In this document: positions 17,690-27,164 of the stretch, piece by piece
How the letters are laid out: every line of letters starts with the position of its first letter
How positions within the stretch are numbered: the first letter of the stretch is position 1
NCBI GenBank assembly: GCA_029569255.1
Contig: JAKQUO010000028.1
Coordinates: forward strand, 1,335 to 65,334
DNA: 64,000 nt
Origin: Acidobacteriota bacterium
GTDB lineage: Bacteria > Acidobacteriota > Aminicenantia > Aminicenantales > Saccharicenantaceae
Direction: 5' to 3'
Made by a program: the position numbers and the translations under genes
The notes under the pieces: model-generated
Database searches by the model: none
What the model saw: the letters and a program-made list of their open reading frames with translations, nothing else
Told to the model about the DNA's origin: nothing

Positions 17690-19035
17690 GACGTCGACTC
17701 CCTTTCCTGGCTGATGAATTGCAATTTGAAGACCGAGCCCCGGCCGACCCGGCTGAGGACCTCGACCGACCCGCCGCAGGTGTCCATGACCCGCTTGATG
17801 AACGGCAGGCCCAGGCCCATGCCCTTGTCCTTGGTCGTGAAGAAGGGCTGGAAGAGATGGGCCTTGGCCGGATTGGTGAGGCCCCGGCCCGTGTCCCGGA
17901 CGGACAGGGCGAAGGCCGTCGGGGACCTTCGGTAGGTGCGGACCGAGATGGTCCCGCCCGGCGGGGTGGCGTCGAAGGCGTTGTCGATGAGATTGCGCAG
18001 GACCTCGCCGAAGGAGGTGGGGTCGCAGAGGATCTTGGGCGGGCAGGCGTCCACCTTGGCGTCGAGCGTGTACGCCTTGGCCCGGCTCTGGACCTGCGGG
18101 CTGTCCAGCACCTCGGCGATGGCCGGCGCGGGATCGAAGAAGACGGGCTCCTTGAGGCTGACCTTGAGGAAGTGGCCCATCTGGTAGATGATGACCTCGA
18201 GCCGGCGGATCTCGTCCCGGATGATGTTCAGGTTGCGGACCCTCTTCTCCTCCGGCAGGTCGGGCTTGAGGAGCTGGTCGGTGAAGCCGCCGATGGCCAC
18301 GATGGGATTGCGGAGCTGGTGGGTGACGAACATGGCCATCTCGCCCATGGCCGCCATCTTCTCCATGTTGAGGAGCCGGCGGTGGAGCGTCGTCGAGTGG
18401 ATGTAGTTGCCGGCCATCAGGCCGCAGATGCCGGCCAGCTTGATGTCGGAGGGCGAGATCGGCGTCCGGGTGATGGCGTTGTCGAGGATGATCTCGCCGA
18501 CGACGTCGTCGCCGGCGACGAGCGGGACGCAGAGGAACTCGTCGACGCCGATGATGTTGAGGAAGCGGCGGTCGACCCGGGGCTCCTGGGCCGCCTCGCG
18601 GACGTGGAGGATCTCCTTGCGGCCGGCCACGGAGGCCGGGATGAGGGCCTTCGGGTCGTTGGCCGGGTAGACCAGGCCCCGGAGGCGGGCGCTGAGCGTG
18701 TCCGCGTTCTTGTTGACCAGGGCCCGGTTGTGCTCGAGGATCTCGACATAGCCGATGCCCGGCGTCGACAGGACCTCCCAGATGAGCCCGGCCTCCTCGG
18801 CCGAGCGCGGCCCCAGCCACATCTCGCCTCTGAGGCGGTCGTCGCTCTTGAGGAAGAGCATGGCCCGGTTGAAGCCGACGCCCGAGCCCGAGGTCAGGGC
18901 GGTCAGGACGACGAGGAGGTTGTCCTCGAGCGAGAAGGGCTGGAAGAAGCTCTGGGAGATGATGGACAGGAGCATCAGCTCGCGGGGCGCCTCCCGCTCG
19001 AAGCTCGGGGAGAGGATGTTGTAGGTCTCGATCAT
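17686..19035 (-). CDS. Sensor histidine kinase with GAF sensor domain (GAF, HisKA, HATPase_c)
   Basis: H-box FVTHQLRNP. N/G boxes (NLIDNAFDAT, RDTGRGL, GMGLGL). Start MIETYN at complement 19033..19035 overlaps the glgC stop (ATGA). Its stop overlaps the receiver start. Confidence 0.8.
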   Translation of the reverse strand: MIETYNILSPSFEREAPRELMLLSIISQSFFQPFSLEDNLLVVLTALTSGSGVGFNRAMLFLKSDDRLRGEMWLGPRSAEEAGLIWEVLSTPGIGYVEILEHNRALVNKNADTLSARLRGLVYPANDPKALIPASVAGRKEILHVREAAQEPRVDRRFLNIIGVDEFLCVPLVAGDDVVGEIILDNAITRTPISPSDIKLAGICGLMAGNYIHSTTLHRRLLNMEKMAAMGEMAMFVTHQLRNPIVAIGGFTDQLLKPDLPEEKRVRNLNIIRDEIRRLEVIIYQMGHFLKVSLKEPVFFDPAPAIAEVLDSPQVQSRAKAYTLDAKVDACPPKILCDPTSFGEVLRNLIDNAFDATPPGGTISVRTYRRSPTAFALSVRDTGRGLTNPAKAHLFQPFFTTKDKGMGLGLPFIKRVMDTCGGSVEVLSRVGRGSVFKLQFISQERESTS

Positions 19036-20216
19036 TCGGAGGACCATCCCTTGGGGACCACCCGGACGCCGGCCCGGCTCGTCTTGAAGTTGCGGGCGTC
19101 CTTGTCGGCGTCGAAACCGATCTCGAAGCGTTCGGGGACCGCGGCGGACTTGTCGATGATGACCTTGCGCAGCCGGGCGCCCCGGAGGACGCGGACGTTG
19201 TCGAAGACGATCGAGTCGACGATGTCCGCTCCGGGCTCGACCCGGACGCCGGCGCCGACGATCGAGTTGACGATCCGGCAGTCGCTGAACGAGCCGCCGG
19301 CGCCGACGATCGAGTTCCGGATGTCCCCGCCGGCCACGAACGTCGGCGGGTACTGGGGCTTGTAGGTCCGGACCGGCCAGGCCGGGTCGCGCAGGATGAG
19401 CGGCGGCGCCGGCGAGAGGAAGGCCATGTTGGCCTCCCAGTAGGCGTCGATCGTGCCGATGTCCTCCCAGTAGTCGTCGAACGTGTAGGCGAAGACGCGG
19501 TGGCTCTTGATGAGGGCCGGGATGATGTCGCGGCCGAAGTCGTGCGTGCTCCTTGACGACCGGGCGTCCCGGAGCAAGGCCTTGATCAGGACCGCCGTCT
19601 TGAAGAGATAGACGCCCATGGAGATGAGGCTTTTGCCCGCGTCCCACGGCGTCGCGAAGGGTTTCTTGGGCTTCTCCATGAACTCGACGATCCGCCGCTC
19701 GCCGTCGACGCCGATGACGCCGAAGCGGGAGGCCTCGCTCACGGGGATGGTCCGGGTCATGATCACGGCGTCCGCGTCCGCCTGGCCGAAGAAGAGGAGC
19801 AGCTTGCGGTAGTCGGAGCTGTAGATGTGGTCGCCGGACAGGACCAGGACGGCCTCGGGGCTCTCCTGCTGGATGGTGTAGATGTTCTGGAGGACGGCGT
19901 CGGCCGTGCCCGCGTACCAGCTGTCGCTGACCCGGCCCTGGGCCGGGAGGGACAGGATGTAGTCGCCGCTCTCGGCATGGAAGATGTTCCAGCCGTTGAA
20001 GATGTGGCGGTCGAGGGAGAGCGACTTGTACTGGGTCAGGAGGGCGATCCGCCGCAGGCCCGAGTTCAGGGCGTTGGACAGGCTGAAGTCGATGATCCGG
20101 TAGGCCCCGAGGAAGGGGACGGACGGCTTGGCCCGGTCGCGCGTCAGCGGATAGAGACGCTCGCCCTTGCCCCCGCAGAGGACCATGGTCAGGGTCTTCT
20201 TAGATAACAGTTCCAT
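19032..20216 (-). CDS. glgC: Glucose-1-phosphate adenylyltransferase
   Basis: MVLCGGKGERLYPLTRDRAKPSVPFLGAYRIIDFSLSN plus C-terminal left-handed beta-helix repeats. An alternative start 30 nt downstream is possible. Confidence 0.85.
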   Translation of the reverse strand: MELLSKKTLTMVLCGGKGERLYPLTRDRAKPSVPFLGAYRIIDFSLSNALNSGLRRIALLTQYKSLSLDRHIFNGWNIFHAESGDYILSLPAQGRVSDSWYAGTADAVLQNIYTIQQESPEAVLVLSGDHIYSSDYRKLLLFFGQADADAVIMTRTIPVSEASRFGVIGVDGERRIVEFMEKPKKPFATPWDAGKSLISMGVYLFKTAVLIKALLRDARSSRSTHDFGRDIIPALIKSHRVFAYTFDDYWEDIGTIDAYWEANMAFLSPAPPLILRDPAWPVRTYKPQYPPTFVAGGDIRNSIVGAGGSFSDCRIVNSIVGAGVRVEPGADIVDSIVFDNVRVLRGARLRKVIIDKSAAVPERFEIGFDADKDARNFKTSRAGVRVVPKGWSSE

Positions 20217-21855
20217 CGGGCATCACGATCTCTTTGAAGATGCGGTCGTCGGACTCGAAGGCCTCGAGGAGCGAGACCTCGGCGGGGCCGAGGGCCCGGC
20301 CGGCCTCGAGCCAGCCGAGGAGGGTCAGGGCCCTGTCGAAGTGCTCGGCGGCCCGGCTCTCGGCGTAGTCGCGGGCCGACCGGGTCGAGACGAGGAACGG
20401 CCAGTCGGAGCTCTCGAGCAGGTATTTCTCGCGGAAGAACTGGCGGAGGAGCCGCCGGTCGAGGCCGGCCAGCCGGGGCGTCAGGGCCGCCGCGGCCGCC
20501 TCGACGCGGTAGATCTTCTCCCAGATCCAGGCCGTGTCCCGGTTGAGCCAGTTCCCGTGGAAGCCGCCCTGGCCCCAGGACCCCTCGGGGAGGGCGACGG
20601 ACGCGGCCGGCGGCATGGCCTCGAGCGCGGCCCCGGCGGTCGCCGGCCGGACCGGGCCCGCCTGGAGCTTCTTGACGACCCGGTAGAGCCACTCGGGCCC
20701 TTCGAACCACCAGTGGCCGAAGAGCTCGGTGTCGTAGAGGGCGGCGACCGTCCCCGCCTCCCTCGCCGCGAGCGTCGCCTCGAGGGCCGAGACGAAGTGG
20801 GCGGCGTGCTCTTCCGCCCGGGCCGCGGTCCGGTCCGGCTCGTAAGGCTCTTTGAGGCCCAGGTCGGCCTCGCCCGAGGTGACGCGCCAGTAGCGCATCC
20901 CCCCCGGGAAGCGCTTCTTGTGGAACTCCAGGTAGTCGCCGTCGCCGGGATAGCCCGTGTCCCGGCTCCAGACCTGCGCGCCGGAGACGTCGTCCCGGGC
21001 GAAGAACGGGAGTCCCGAGGGAAGGGCCGCGTAGGGGGAATAGGGGTCGCGGGACGGCGCCTCGGCCGGCCGGACGGCCTCCCGGGCCTTCTCCCAGAGG
21101 AGCCTCAAGCCGGGAAAACGGTCGAGGTAGACGCCCTCGGTCTCCCCGCCCCTGAGAAGGTGCGCGTCGACGAAGAAATAGCGGAGGCCCTCCTGGCCCA
21201 GGATCTCGTCGAGGCCGAGCCGGGGATGGGCGTCGCCGTCGCCGACCGGGCTCTTCCAGGCGTAGCCCGGCCGGTAGGCGCACTCGGGGAGCCAGAAGCC
21301 GAGGGCCTCCCGGCCGAAATATCTCTTGTACGTGTGGAGGCCCTGGCGGACCTGCTGGCGGACCGTCTCGTCCCGCGAAAGAAGGGCGAGATAGGCGTGC
21401 GTCGCCGCCGAGGTCAGGACTTCGATGTGGCCGCGGTCCTGGAGGGAGCGGAACGCGCCGAGAATGTCCCCGCCGGCGCGGCCGTGGAAGCTCGCCCGGA
21501 GCTCCCGGTACCAGCCCTCCCAGAACGCCGCGAGGTCCCGGAGGCCGCTCTCCCCCGCGCGCTCGAAGTGGGCCCGGTCGTCGGCCGCGGCGTCCTCCTT
21601 CATCCTCAGGTACGCGTCGAAGCCCCCGGCGAAGACGGGGTCCTTGAGCTGCTCCATGAGGACCGGCGTGAAGCTGACGCTCGTCCGGGCGGAGATGCCC
21701 TCGGCGGCCAGGCGCTCGAAGACGTCGAGGAGCGGCAGATAGGTCTCCGCGGCGGCCTCGTAGAGCCAGTCCATCCCGTGCGGCCAGCTGCCGTGGTCCA
21801 GGACGTACGGGATGTGGCTGTGGAGGACGAGCGAGAAATACTTACCGGGCATCAC
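20200..21855 (-). CDS. GH57-family glycoside hydrolase (1,4-alpha-glucan branching enzyme type)
   Basis: 551 aa. N-terminal FSLVLHSHIPYV and the GH57 catalytic region. Overlaps neighbouring genes by 14-17 nt. Confidence 0.8.
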   Translation of the reverse strand: MMPGKYFSLVLHSHIPYVLDHGSWPHGMDWLYEAAAETYLPLLDVFERLAAEGISARTSVSFTPVLMEQLKDPVFAGGFDAYLRMKEDAAADDRAHFERAGESGLRDLAAFWEGWYRELRASFHGRAGGDILGAFRSLQDRGHIEVLTSAATHAYLALLSRDETVRQQVRQGLHTYKRYFGREALGFWLPECAYRPGYAWKSPVGDGDAHPRLGLDEILGQEGLRYFFVDAHLLRGGETEGVYLDRFPGLRLLWEKAREAVRPAEAPSRDPYSPYAALPSGLPFFARDDVSGAQVWSRDTGYPGDGDYLEFHKKRFPGGMRYWRVTSGEADLGLKEPYEPDRTAARAEEHAAHFVSALEATLAAREAGTVAALYDTELFGHWWFEGPEWLYRVVKKLQAGPVRPATAGAALEAMPPAASVALPEGSWGQGGFHGNWLNRDTAWIWEKIYRVEAAAAALTPRLAGLDRRLLRQFFREKYLLESSDWPFLVSTRSARDYAESRAAEHFDRALTLLGWLEAGRALGPAEVSLLEAFESDDRIFKEIVMPDGTVI

Positions 21856-23815
21856 TTTCCCTGAGCGCGACCGACAAGCGTTGCGTGGTGCCGGGGGCCA
21901 GCTCCAGCGGCCAGACCGGACAGAGACAATAACCCTGGTGGATTATATCAAAACCCTCCTCGGATTGGGAGAGCGTCCGCAGGGGGAACGCCCACAGGGC
22001 CGCGGCCCCGGCCGGCTCGAAGAGGAGCGCGCCACCGTAGAGGGACACCCGGCCGTCGTCCCGGAGCTCGTACTCGTGGGGAAAGGCCAGCAGGTTCCAC
22101 TCGGAGCCGAAGAGAAGGGAGAGAGGCCGGCCGGCCCCGTTCTCGATCTCGATGTCGACGCGGAGCGCCCCGCCGGCGCTGGCGATCGTCTTGCGGAGGA
22201 CGATGGGCCGGCCGCCCTCCTCCCCCCGGACCGAGCCGCGCCGCTCCAGCCGGAGCGACGGGCCCGCGATGGCCGGCGTGAAAGCGCCGCCGACGAAATC
22301 GCCCAGCTCCTCGAAGGCGGCCGAGCGGAACGCCTCGGCCGTCGTGCCCGGGGCGAAGACATGGTCGATGAGCGAGAGGCGCGGATAGAGGTCGTAGCGC
22401 AGGAGCTCGGCGGTGTCCGGAGGGAGCCTCTTGGCGAGCTCGTGGATGCTCTTCCCCGTCCCGCCCTCCCCTTCCCCGTCCTTCGCGCCCTGCCGGTGGT
22501 AGGCCTCCGGCCGCCGGCCGAGGACGTCGGAGATGTTCCGCGAGGCGGGCCGGTGGTCGATCTCGACCAGGGCGCCGCCGGCGGAGGGCTTGACCATCAG
22601 GCCGAACGCGGCGTCCCGGTAGACCAGCTCCCGGAACCCGTCCCCGTCGTAGTCGAGCGTGATCCAGCCCGGCGGGTCGGGCGTCCGCTTCTCGGCCTCG
22701 AGGAGATGGTGATAGGCGGCCTCCCGGAGATGGGGCAGGTAGAGCCCCCCGAAGACGCCGTGCCAGTACGGGTCGTTGCACTGGCCCCGGTAGAGGTGCC
22801 TCAGCCCCTCTCCGGGCGCCCCGGCGGCGCGGAGGCCGTCCGAGACCATGACCATGCGCTTGTGAAGCCGGTTGGCCTCGGGATACTTGCGCAGGAAGTC
22901 CCGGAAGAACCCGCCCCGGAGGAAGCGCCGGGCCTCGGGCGGGACGCCGGCCTTGAGCCGGGCGAGCGCCTCCTGGTCCTCGGGTTCGAGGACCCACTCC
23001 GTCATCTCCTCGTACGACGCCGGGGGCAGGTAGATCCGCGCGGCCGGGGGGTTCGTGTCCAGGAACTCGGAGAAGGAGACCGTCCGGATGCCCCGGTCTT
23101 CGACATGGGCCAAGAAGGACCGCAGCCAGCCGCCGTCGTAGACCCGGGCGCGGGTGCCGGGCCAGAGCCCGAACTTCTCCCCGTCGTCGCCGAGGATGGC
23201 CGTCCCCCCGGCGTCGTGGATGGCCCGCAGCCGGGCGTCGACGTCGCCGAGGGGATGGAACGGGACGAGGTAGCGGAGCGCCTTGTCGACCGGGAAGACC
23301 CGGAGCGTCCGGCCCTCCTCCTCGGTGATGTAGCTCGCGCCGAGGTCGCGGACGCCGGCGCAGCGGAAGTGCTCCTCGTCGAGGAGCGTGTATTCGAGGC
23401 CGGCCTCGGCCAGGACCTTGGGGAGATGGGGCTCCCAGACGCGCTCCGTGAGCCAGAGGCCGCGCGGCCGCTGGCCGAAGCTCTCGCGGATGAAGTCGTT
23501 CATCATCCTCAGCTGGCCGGCCCGGTCGGCCTCGGGGATGAGGGACAGGACCGGCTCGTAGAAGCCGCCGCCGAGGAGCTCGACCTGGCCGCGGCCGGCG
23601 AGCTCCCGCACGAGGTCCCAGCAGCCCCTCTCGTTCTTCTCCATGTGCTCCCAGAGCGGTCCGGAGAAGTGGAGGGCGAAGCGGAACCCGGGATGGCCGG
23701 CCAGGACCTCGAGGAACGGCCGGTAGCAGGCGTCGAAGGCCGCCTTGACGACGTGATCGAAGTTGCCGACGGGCTGGTGGTTGTGGACCGCGAACAGGAA
23801 GAGGCGGCGGCTCAT
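21842..23815 (-). CDS. GH57-family glycoside hydrolase (alpha-amylase / 4-alpha-glucanotransferase type)
   Basis: 657 aa. LFLFAVHNHQPVGNF N-terminus typical of GH57. Confidence 0.8.
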   Translation of the reverse strand: MSRRLFLFAVHNHQPVGNFDHVVKAAFDACYRPFLEVLAGHPGFRFALHFSGPLWEHMEKNERGCWDLVRELAGRGQVELLGGGFYEPVLSLIPEADRAGQLRMMNDFIRESFGQRPRGLWLTERVWEPHLPKVLAEAGLEYTLLDEEHFRCAGVRDLGASYITEEEGRTLRVFPVDKALRYLVPFHPLGDVDARLRAIHDAGGTAILGDDGEKFGLWPGTRARVYDGGWLRSFLAHVEDRGIRTVSFSEFLDTNPPAARIYLPPASYEEMTEWVLEPEDQEALARLKAGVPPEARRFLRGGFFRDFLRKYPEANRLHKRMVMVSDGLRAAGAPGEGLRHLYRGQCNDPYWHGVFGGLYLPHLREAAYHHLLEAEKRTPDPPGWITLDYDGDGFRELVYRDAAFGLMVKPSAGGALVEIDHRPASRNISDVLGRRPEAYHRQGAKDGEGEGGTGKSIHELAKRLPPDTAELLRYDLYPRLSLIDHVFAPGTTAEAFRSAAFEELGDFVGGAFTPAIAGPSLRLERRGSVRGEEGGRPIVLRKTIASAGGALRVDIEIENGAGRPLSLLFGSEWNLLAFPHEYELRDDGRVSLYGGALLFEPAGAAALWAFPLRTLSQSEEGFDIIHQGYCLCPVWPLELAPGTTQRLSVALRESDAR

Positions 23816-23833
23816 CCCGGCTCCTCGGGGCCC

Positions 23834-24913
23834 TCAGCGGTGCAGGAAGCAGCGTTCCGAATCGACCTCGCCCGGCTTGCGGGTGGCGATCATGGCCAGG
23901 CCGAGCTCGTCGGCCTTGTCTATGACCTCCCGGTCCCTGACCGATCCCAGCGGGTAGATGATGGCGCTGATGCCGTTCCTTCCGGCCAGCTCGACGACGT
24001 CGGGGAAAGGCATGAACGCGTCGGAGGCGAGGACGCATCCCTCCGGCCCGTAGCCGCGCCGGGAGAGCCGGATCGCGTCCTCGGCCGAGTCGACGCGGCT
24101 CCGCTGCCCGGAGCCGATGCCGTGGGTCTTGTCCCCCGTGCCGATGACGACCGCGTTGGACCGGGTGAAGCAGGCCACCGTCCAGTTGAAGAGGGCCGCC
24201 CGCACCTCCTCGGGGCCGGGCCGCCTCTTGGAGACGACGTCCACGGACTCGGCCGAGACGATTTTCGAGTCGAAGCGCTTCTGGACGAGCAGCCCCCCGG
24301 CCACGCGCTTGAGCTCGAGGCCGCTGTCGACCGACGGCGCGTCGAGGGCGGCGCCCATCTTGACGACGCGCAGGACCTTGCGGGCGGCCAGGGCCTCCAG
24401 GGCATCGGCGGCGAAGTCGGGCGCGTAGACGACCTCGACGTTGCGCGGGCTCTCGGCGAGGAGCCGGGCCAGCGCCGCGGTGACCCGGTAGCCGACGACG
24501 ACGACGCCGCCGAAGTTCGACAGCGGGTCGCACCCCCAGGCCTTCTCGAAGGTGGCCACGGCCTCGTCGCCCAGGGCGACCCCGCTCGGCATCTCGTGCT
24601 TGATGATGACGCAGGCCTGGCGTCCCGGGAAGACCTGGACGAGCTTGCGGGCCAGCCGCTGGCCCAGGTCCATGTCCCCGACGTTGATGTAGCTCAGGCC
24701 CTTGGTGCCCTCCTGGAGGACCTCGATCCGGCCCATGTTGGGCCCTTCGGCCCCGACCTCCTGGTAGAAGGCGGCCGGAGTGCCGGGATTCTCGCCGTAG
24801 CGCATCGGGAACTTCTTGACGAACGCGCTCTCGCCGACGCGCAGGGTCTCCGGGAAGTCCTCCCGCACCTTGGCTTGGTACTGGCTCCGGGCCGTCCGTT
24901 CGGGCTCGCTCAT
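23834..24913 (-). CDS. AICAR transformylase-only PurH (AICARFT domain without the MGS-like IMP cyclohydrolase domain)
   Basis: 359 aa. C-terminus ASDAFMPFPDVVELAGRNGISAIIYPLGSVRDREVIDKADELGLAMIATR...RCFLHR matches the bacterial PurH C-terminal AICARFT signature (ASDAFFPF...IIQPGGS.RD...FTG.RHFRH). No N-terminal IMPCH domain. Confidence 0.75.
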   Translation of the reverse strand: MSEPERTARSQYQAKVREDFPETLRVGESAFVKKFPMRYGENPGTPAAFYQEVGAEGPNMGRIEVLQEGTKGLSYINVGDMDLGQRLARKLVQVFPGRQACVIIKHEMPSGVALGDEAVATFEKAWGCDPLSNFGGVVVVGYRVTAALARLLAESPRNVEVVYAPDFAADALEALAARKVLRVVKMGAALDAPSVDSGLELKRVAGGLLVQKRFDSKIVSAESVDVVSKRRPGPEEVRAALFNWTVACFTRSNAVVIGTGDKTHGIGSGQRSRVDSAEDAIRLSRRGYGPEGCVLASDAFMPFPDVVELAGRNGISAIIYPLGSVRDREVIDKADELGLAMIATRKPGEVDSERCFLHR

Positions 24914-24917
24914 GGGG

Positions 24918-25649
24918 TCATGTCCTTTCGTGCCGGTTGATGACGCGGACCTCGGACCTGTCCGGCGCGGCCGGATCGAGGAAGACGACGGCGACGGCGA
25001 CGCGGAAGTCCCTGCCCTCGGCGGCCGGCCCGAGGGCGCCGTAGCACGCCGCCGCCGTCTCCGCGGCGGTCGAGCCGACGAGGTCGACGAAGCGCGGCTC
25101 GCCCCGGAAGACCGGCAGCGGGTCGGCGTTCGGGCCTTCGTAGGTCGAGACGAGGCGCCCCTCCCCCGCCCGGAGGCGGACCTCGAAGAAGCTCCGCAGC
25201 GTCTCCCCCGACGGCCCGCGGCGGACGACGCCCAGGGCCGCGCCCGAGGCCGCCAGACAGCCGCTGATCCGCGGCGTGAAGATGGGCGCGTCCGGCTCGA
25301 AGTCCCAGCCGGCGAGGGCGGCCGAGAGGATGGGGACCGGGCCGAGCCCGGGCCGGAGCCAGTCGCGGACGTCGGCCGTCTGCTTGCCGTTCGAGACGGC
25401 GACGCCGCCCGGCGAGAACAAGAGGGCGGGATAGACGAGCAGGTCGACGTTCCCCGTCTTGAGCGCGGCCTCGTCGGTCGGCTCGACCCACACGCCGCCG
25501 TCCCGATGGACGAGCTTCCGGGCCTGGCTCGACGGCGAGCGCCCGGTGATGGCGTAGACGACCGCGGCCCGCCCGGAGGGGGCGGCGCCGATGACGATCA
25601 CCCGGCCGGGATACTCGAGCGCCGCCATGTCGATGCGTTGAGGGTCCAT
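24918..25649 (-). CDS. Archaeal-type IMP cyclohydrolase PurO homologue
   Basis: YPGRVIVIGAAPSGRAAVVYAITGRSPSSQAR and LLVYPALLFSPGGVAVSNGKQTAD align with Methanocaldococcus PurO blocks ([52 protein letters not shown]), as recalled from memory. Confidence 0.6.
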   Translation of the reverse strand: MDPQRIDMAALEYPGRVIVIGAAPSGRAAVVYAITGRSPSSQARKLVHRDGGVWVEPTDEAALKTGNVDLLVYPALLFSPGGVAVSNGKQTADVRDWLRPGLGPVPILSAALAGWDFEPDAPIFTPRISGCLAASGAALGVVRRGPSGETLRSFFEVRLRAGEGRLVSTYEGPNADPLPVFRGEPRFVDLVGSTAAETAAACYGALGPAAEGRDFRVAVAVVFLDPAAPDRSEVRVINRHERT

Positions 25650-25745
25650 CGGAACGTCCTTTCCCGCCTCACTTTAACAGAGCCCCCGCGCGAAGTCAAA
25701 GAGGGCCGGCGGCCGCTTCCGCCCTTGAGCGCCCGGGAGAGATTC

Positions 25746-25754
25746 TGGTAGAAT
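25746..25754 (+). promoter_or_regulatory. Extended -10 promoter TGgTAGAAT for the LOG-family gene
   Basis: gattcTGgTAGAATgggccggaaaggcggtcccgATG. Confidence 0.4.
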
Positions 25755-25774
25755 GGGCCGGAAAGGCGGTCCCG

Positions 25775-26497
25775 ATGCCCGAAGAATCCTTCCGCGACCC
25801 TCATTTCATCGAATCCCTGGAAGGCCGGACGCTCCGGATCCTGAGCGAGTACCTCGGCCCCATGGCGCGCCTCGACAAGGCCAAGGTCAACAGCACCATC
25901 CTCTTCCTGGGCTCGGCCAAGGCCAACCCGGCCGACGCCGCCTCCGCCTTCCACCGTTATTATTGGGAGGCCGAGGAGCTGGCCTACCTCCTGGCCAGGT
26001 GGGCCATCTCGGTCAAGGCGCCGAAGGGCAAGGACTTCGTCGTCTGCACGGGCGCCGGGCCGGGGATCATGGAGGCGGCCAACCGGGGCGCGGCCCGGGC
26101 CGGCGGCAAGACGATCGGCATGAACATCTCCCTCCCCCAGCCCCAGCCGTCCAACCCCTACATCACCCCGGAGCTGTCCTTCTCCTTCCATTACTTCTTC
26201 ATGCGCAAGTTCTGGCTGACCTACAAGGCCAAGGCGATCATCGCCTTCCCCGGCGGCTTCGGCACGCTCGACGAGTTCTTCGAGATCGCGACGCTCCTCC
26301 AGACGAGCAAGATCTCGAAGCGGGAGATGGCCCTCGTCCTCTACGGCGGCGACTACTGGCGGGACCTGATCGATTTCGACTCGATGGCCGCCAAGGGCGC
26401 CATCTGCGCCGACGACCTCAAGCTCTTCCGCGTCTGCTCGACGCCGCGCCAGGCATTCGCCTATCTCAAGAAGCGCCTGTCGGAGACCCTTGCCTGA
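25775..26497 (+). CDS. LOG-family protein (TIGR00730 Rossmann fold; cytokinin-riboside-5'-monophosphate phosphoribohydrolase-like)
   Basis: GGKTIGMNISLP and PGGFGTLDEFFE motifs. 240 aa. Confidence 0.8.
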   Translation: MPEESFRDPHFIESLEGRTLRILSEYLGPMARLDKAKVNSTILFLGSAKANPADAASAFHRYYWEAEELAYLLARWAISVKAPKGKDFVVCTGAGPGIMEAANRGAARAGGKTIGMNISLPQPQPSNPYITPELSFSFHYFFMRKFWLTYKAKAIIAFPGGFGTLDEFFEIATLLQTSKISKREMALVLYGGDYWRDLIDFDSMAAKGAICADDLKLFRVCSTPRQAFAYLKKRLSETLA

Positions 26498-27164
26498 CGG
26501 GGCCGCCCGCGCCCCGGCCGTCGCGGCCGTCCTCGCCGCGCTCCTCTCCGTCGCCTGCGCCCGTCTGCCCATGGGCCCGCGGGGCGGCGTCCAGACCGGC
26601 GTCGCTTCCTGGTACGGCCAGGACTATCACGGCCGGCCGACGGCCAGCCGCGAGGTCTTCGACATGAACGACATGACCGCGGCCCACCGGACCCTGCCGT
26701 TCGGCACGAACGTCATGGTGACGAACCTGGCCAACGACCGCTCGGTCGTCGTCCGCATCAACGACCGCGGCCCCTTCGTCCCGGGCCGCGTCATCGACCT
26801 GTCCTACGCAGCGGCCCGGGTCCTGGGCCTCGTCGGCCCGGGCACGGCCCGCGTCCGCCTGGAGACTCTGGGCGCCGCCGCGCCGCCGCGTCCGGAGCGG
26901 GAGGCCGAGGTCTGGATCCAGGTCGGCGCCTACTCGGTCCAGGAAAACGCCTACGCGGTCAAGCGGCGCCTCGAGCGGACCTGCCCCGGGGTCGCCGTCG
27001 TTCGCCTCGATACGGGAAGCGGCGCCTTCTACCGGGTCCGGGTGAAGACGACCGAGGCCGAGGCTCAGGCCTTGGCCCGGCGCCTGGCGGACGAGGGCTA
27101 TCCGGTCATCATCATCCGGGACGGGGCTCCCCGCCGGCCCGGCGACGGCCGGGCCGCCGTTTGA
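26490..27164 (+). CDS. RlpA-like septal-ring lytic transglycosylase lipoprotein (DPBB domain plus SPOR domain)
   Basis: Lipobox LLSVAC. ASWYGQDYHGRPTASRE...RINDRGPF DPBB signature. C-terminal SPOR-like region. Confidence 0.75.
   Translation: MPDGAARAPAVAAVLAALLSVACARLPMGPRGGVQTGVASWYGQDYHGRPTASREVFDMNDMTAAHRTLPFGTNVMVTNLANDRSVVVRINDRGPFVPGRVIDLSYAAARVLGLVGPGTARVRLETLGAAAPPRPEREAEVWIQVGAYSVQENAYAVKRRLERTCPGVAVVRLDTGSGAFYRVRVKTTEAEAQALARRLADEGYPVIIIRDGAPRRPGDGRAAV

Noticed and set aside
25650-25774. ZTP (pfl) riboswitch upstream of the purO/AICARFT genes
   Set aside because: The minus-strand leader lacks the conserved GGGTCGTGA / CCGCCTGGGCA elements. It instead carries a divergent TAGAAT promoter for the plus-strand LOG gene.
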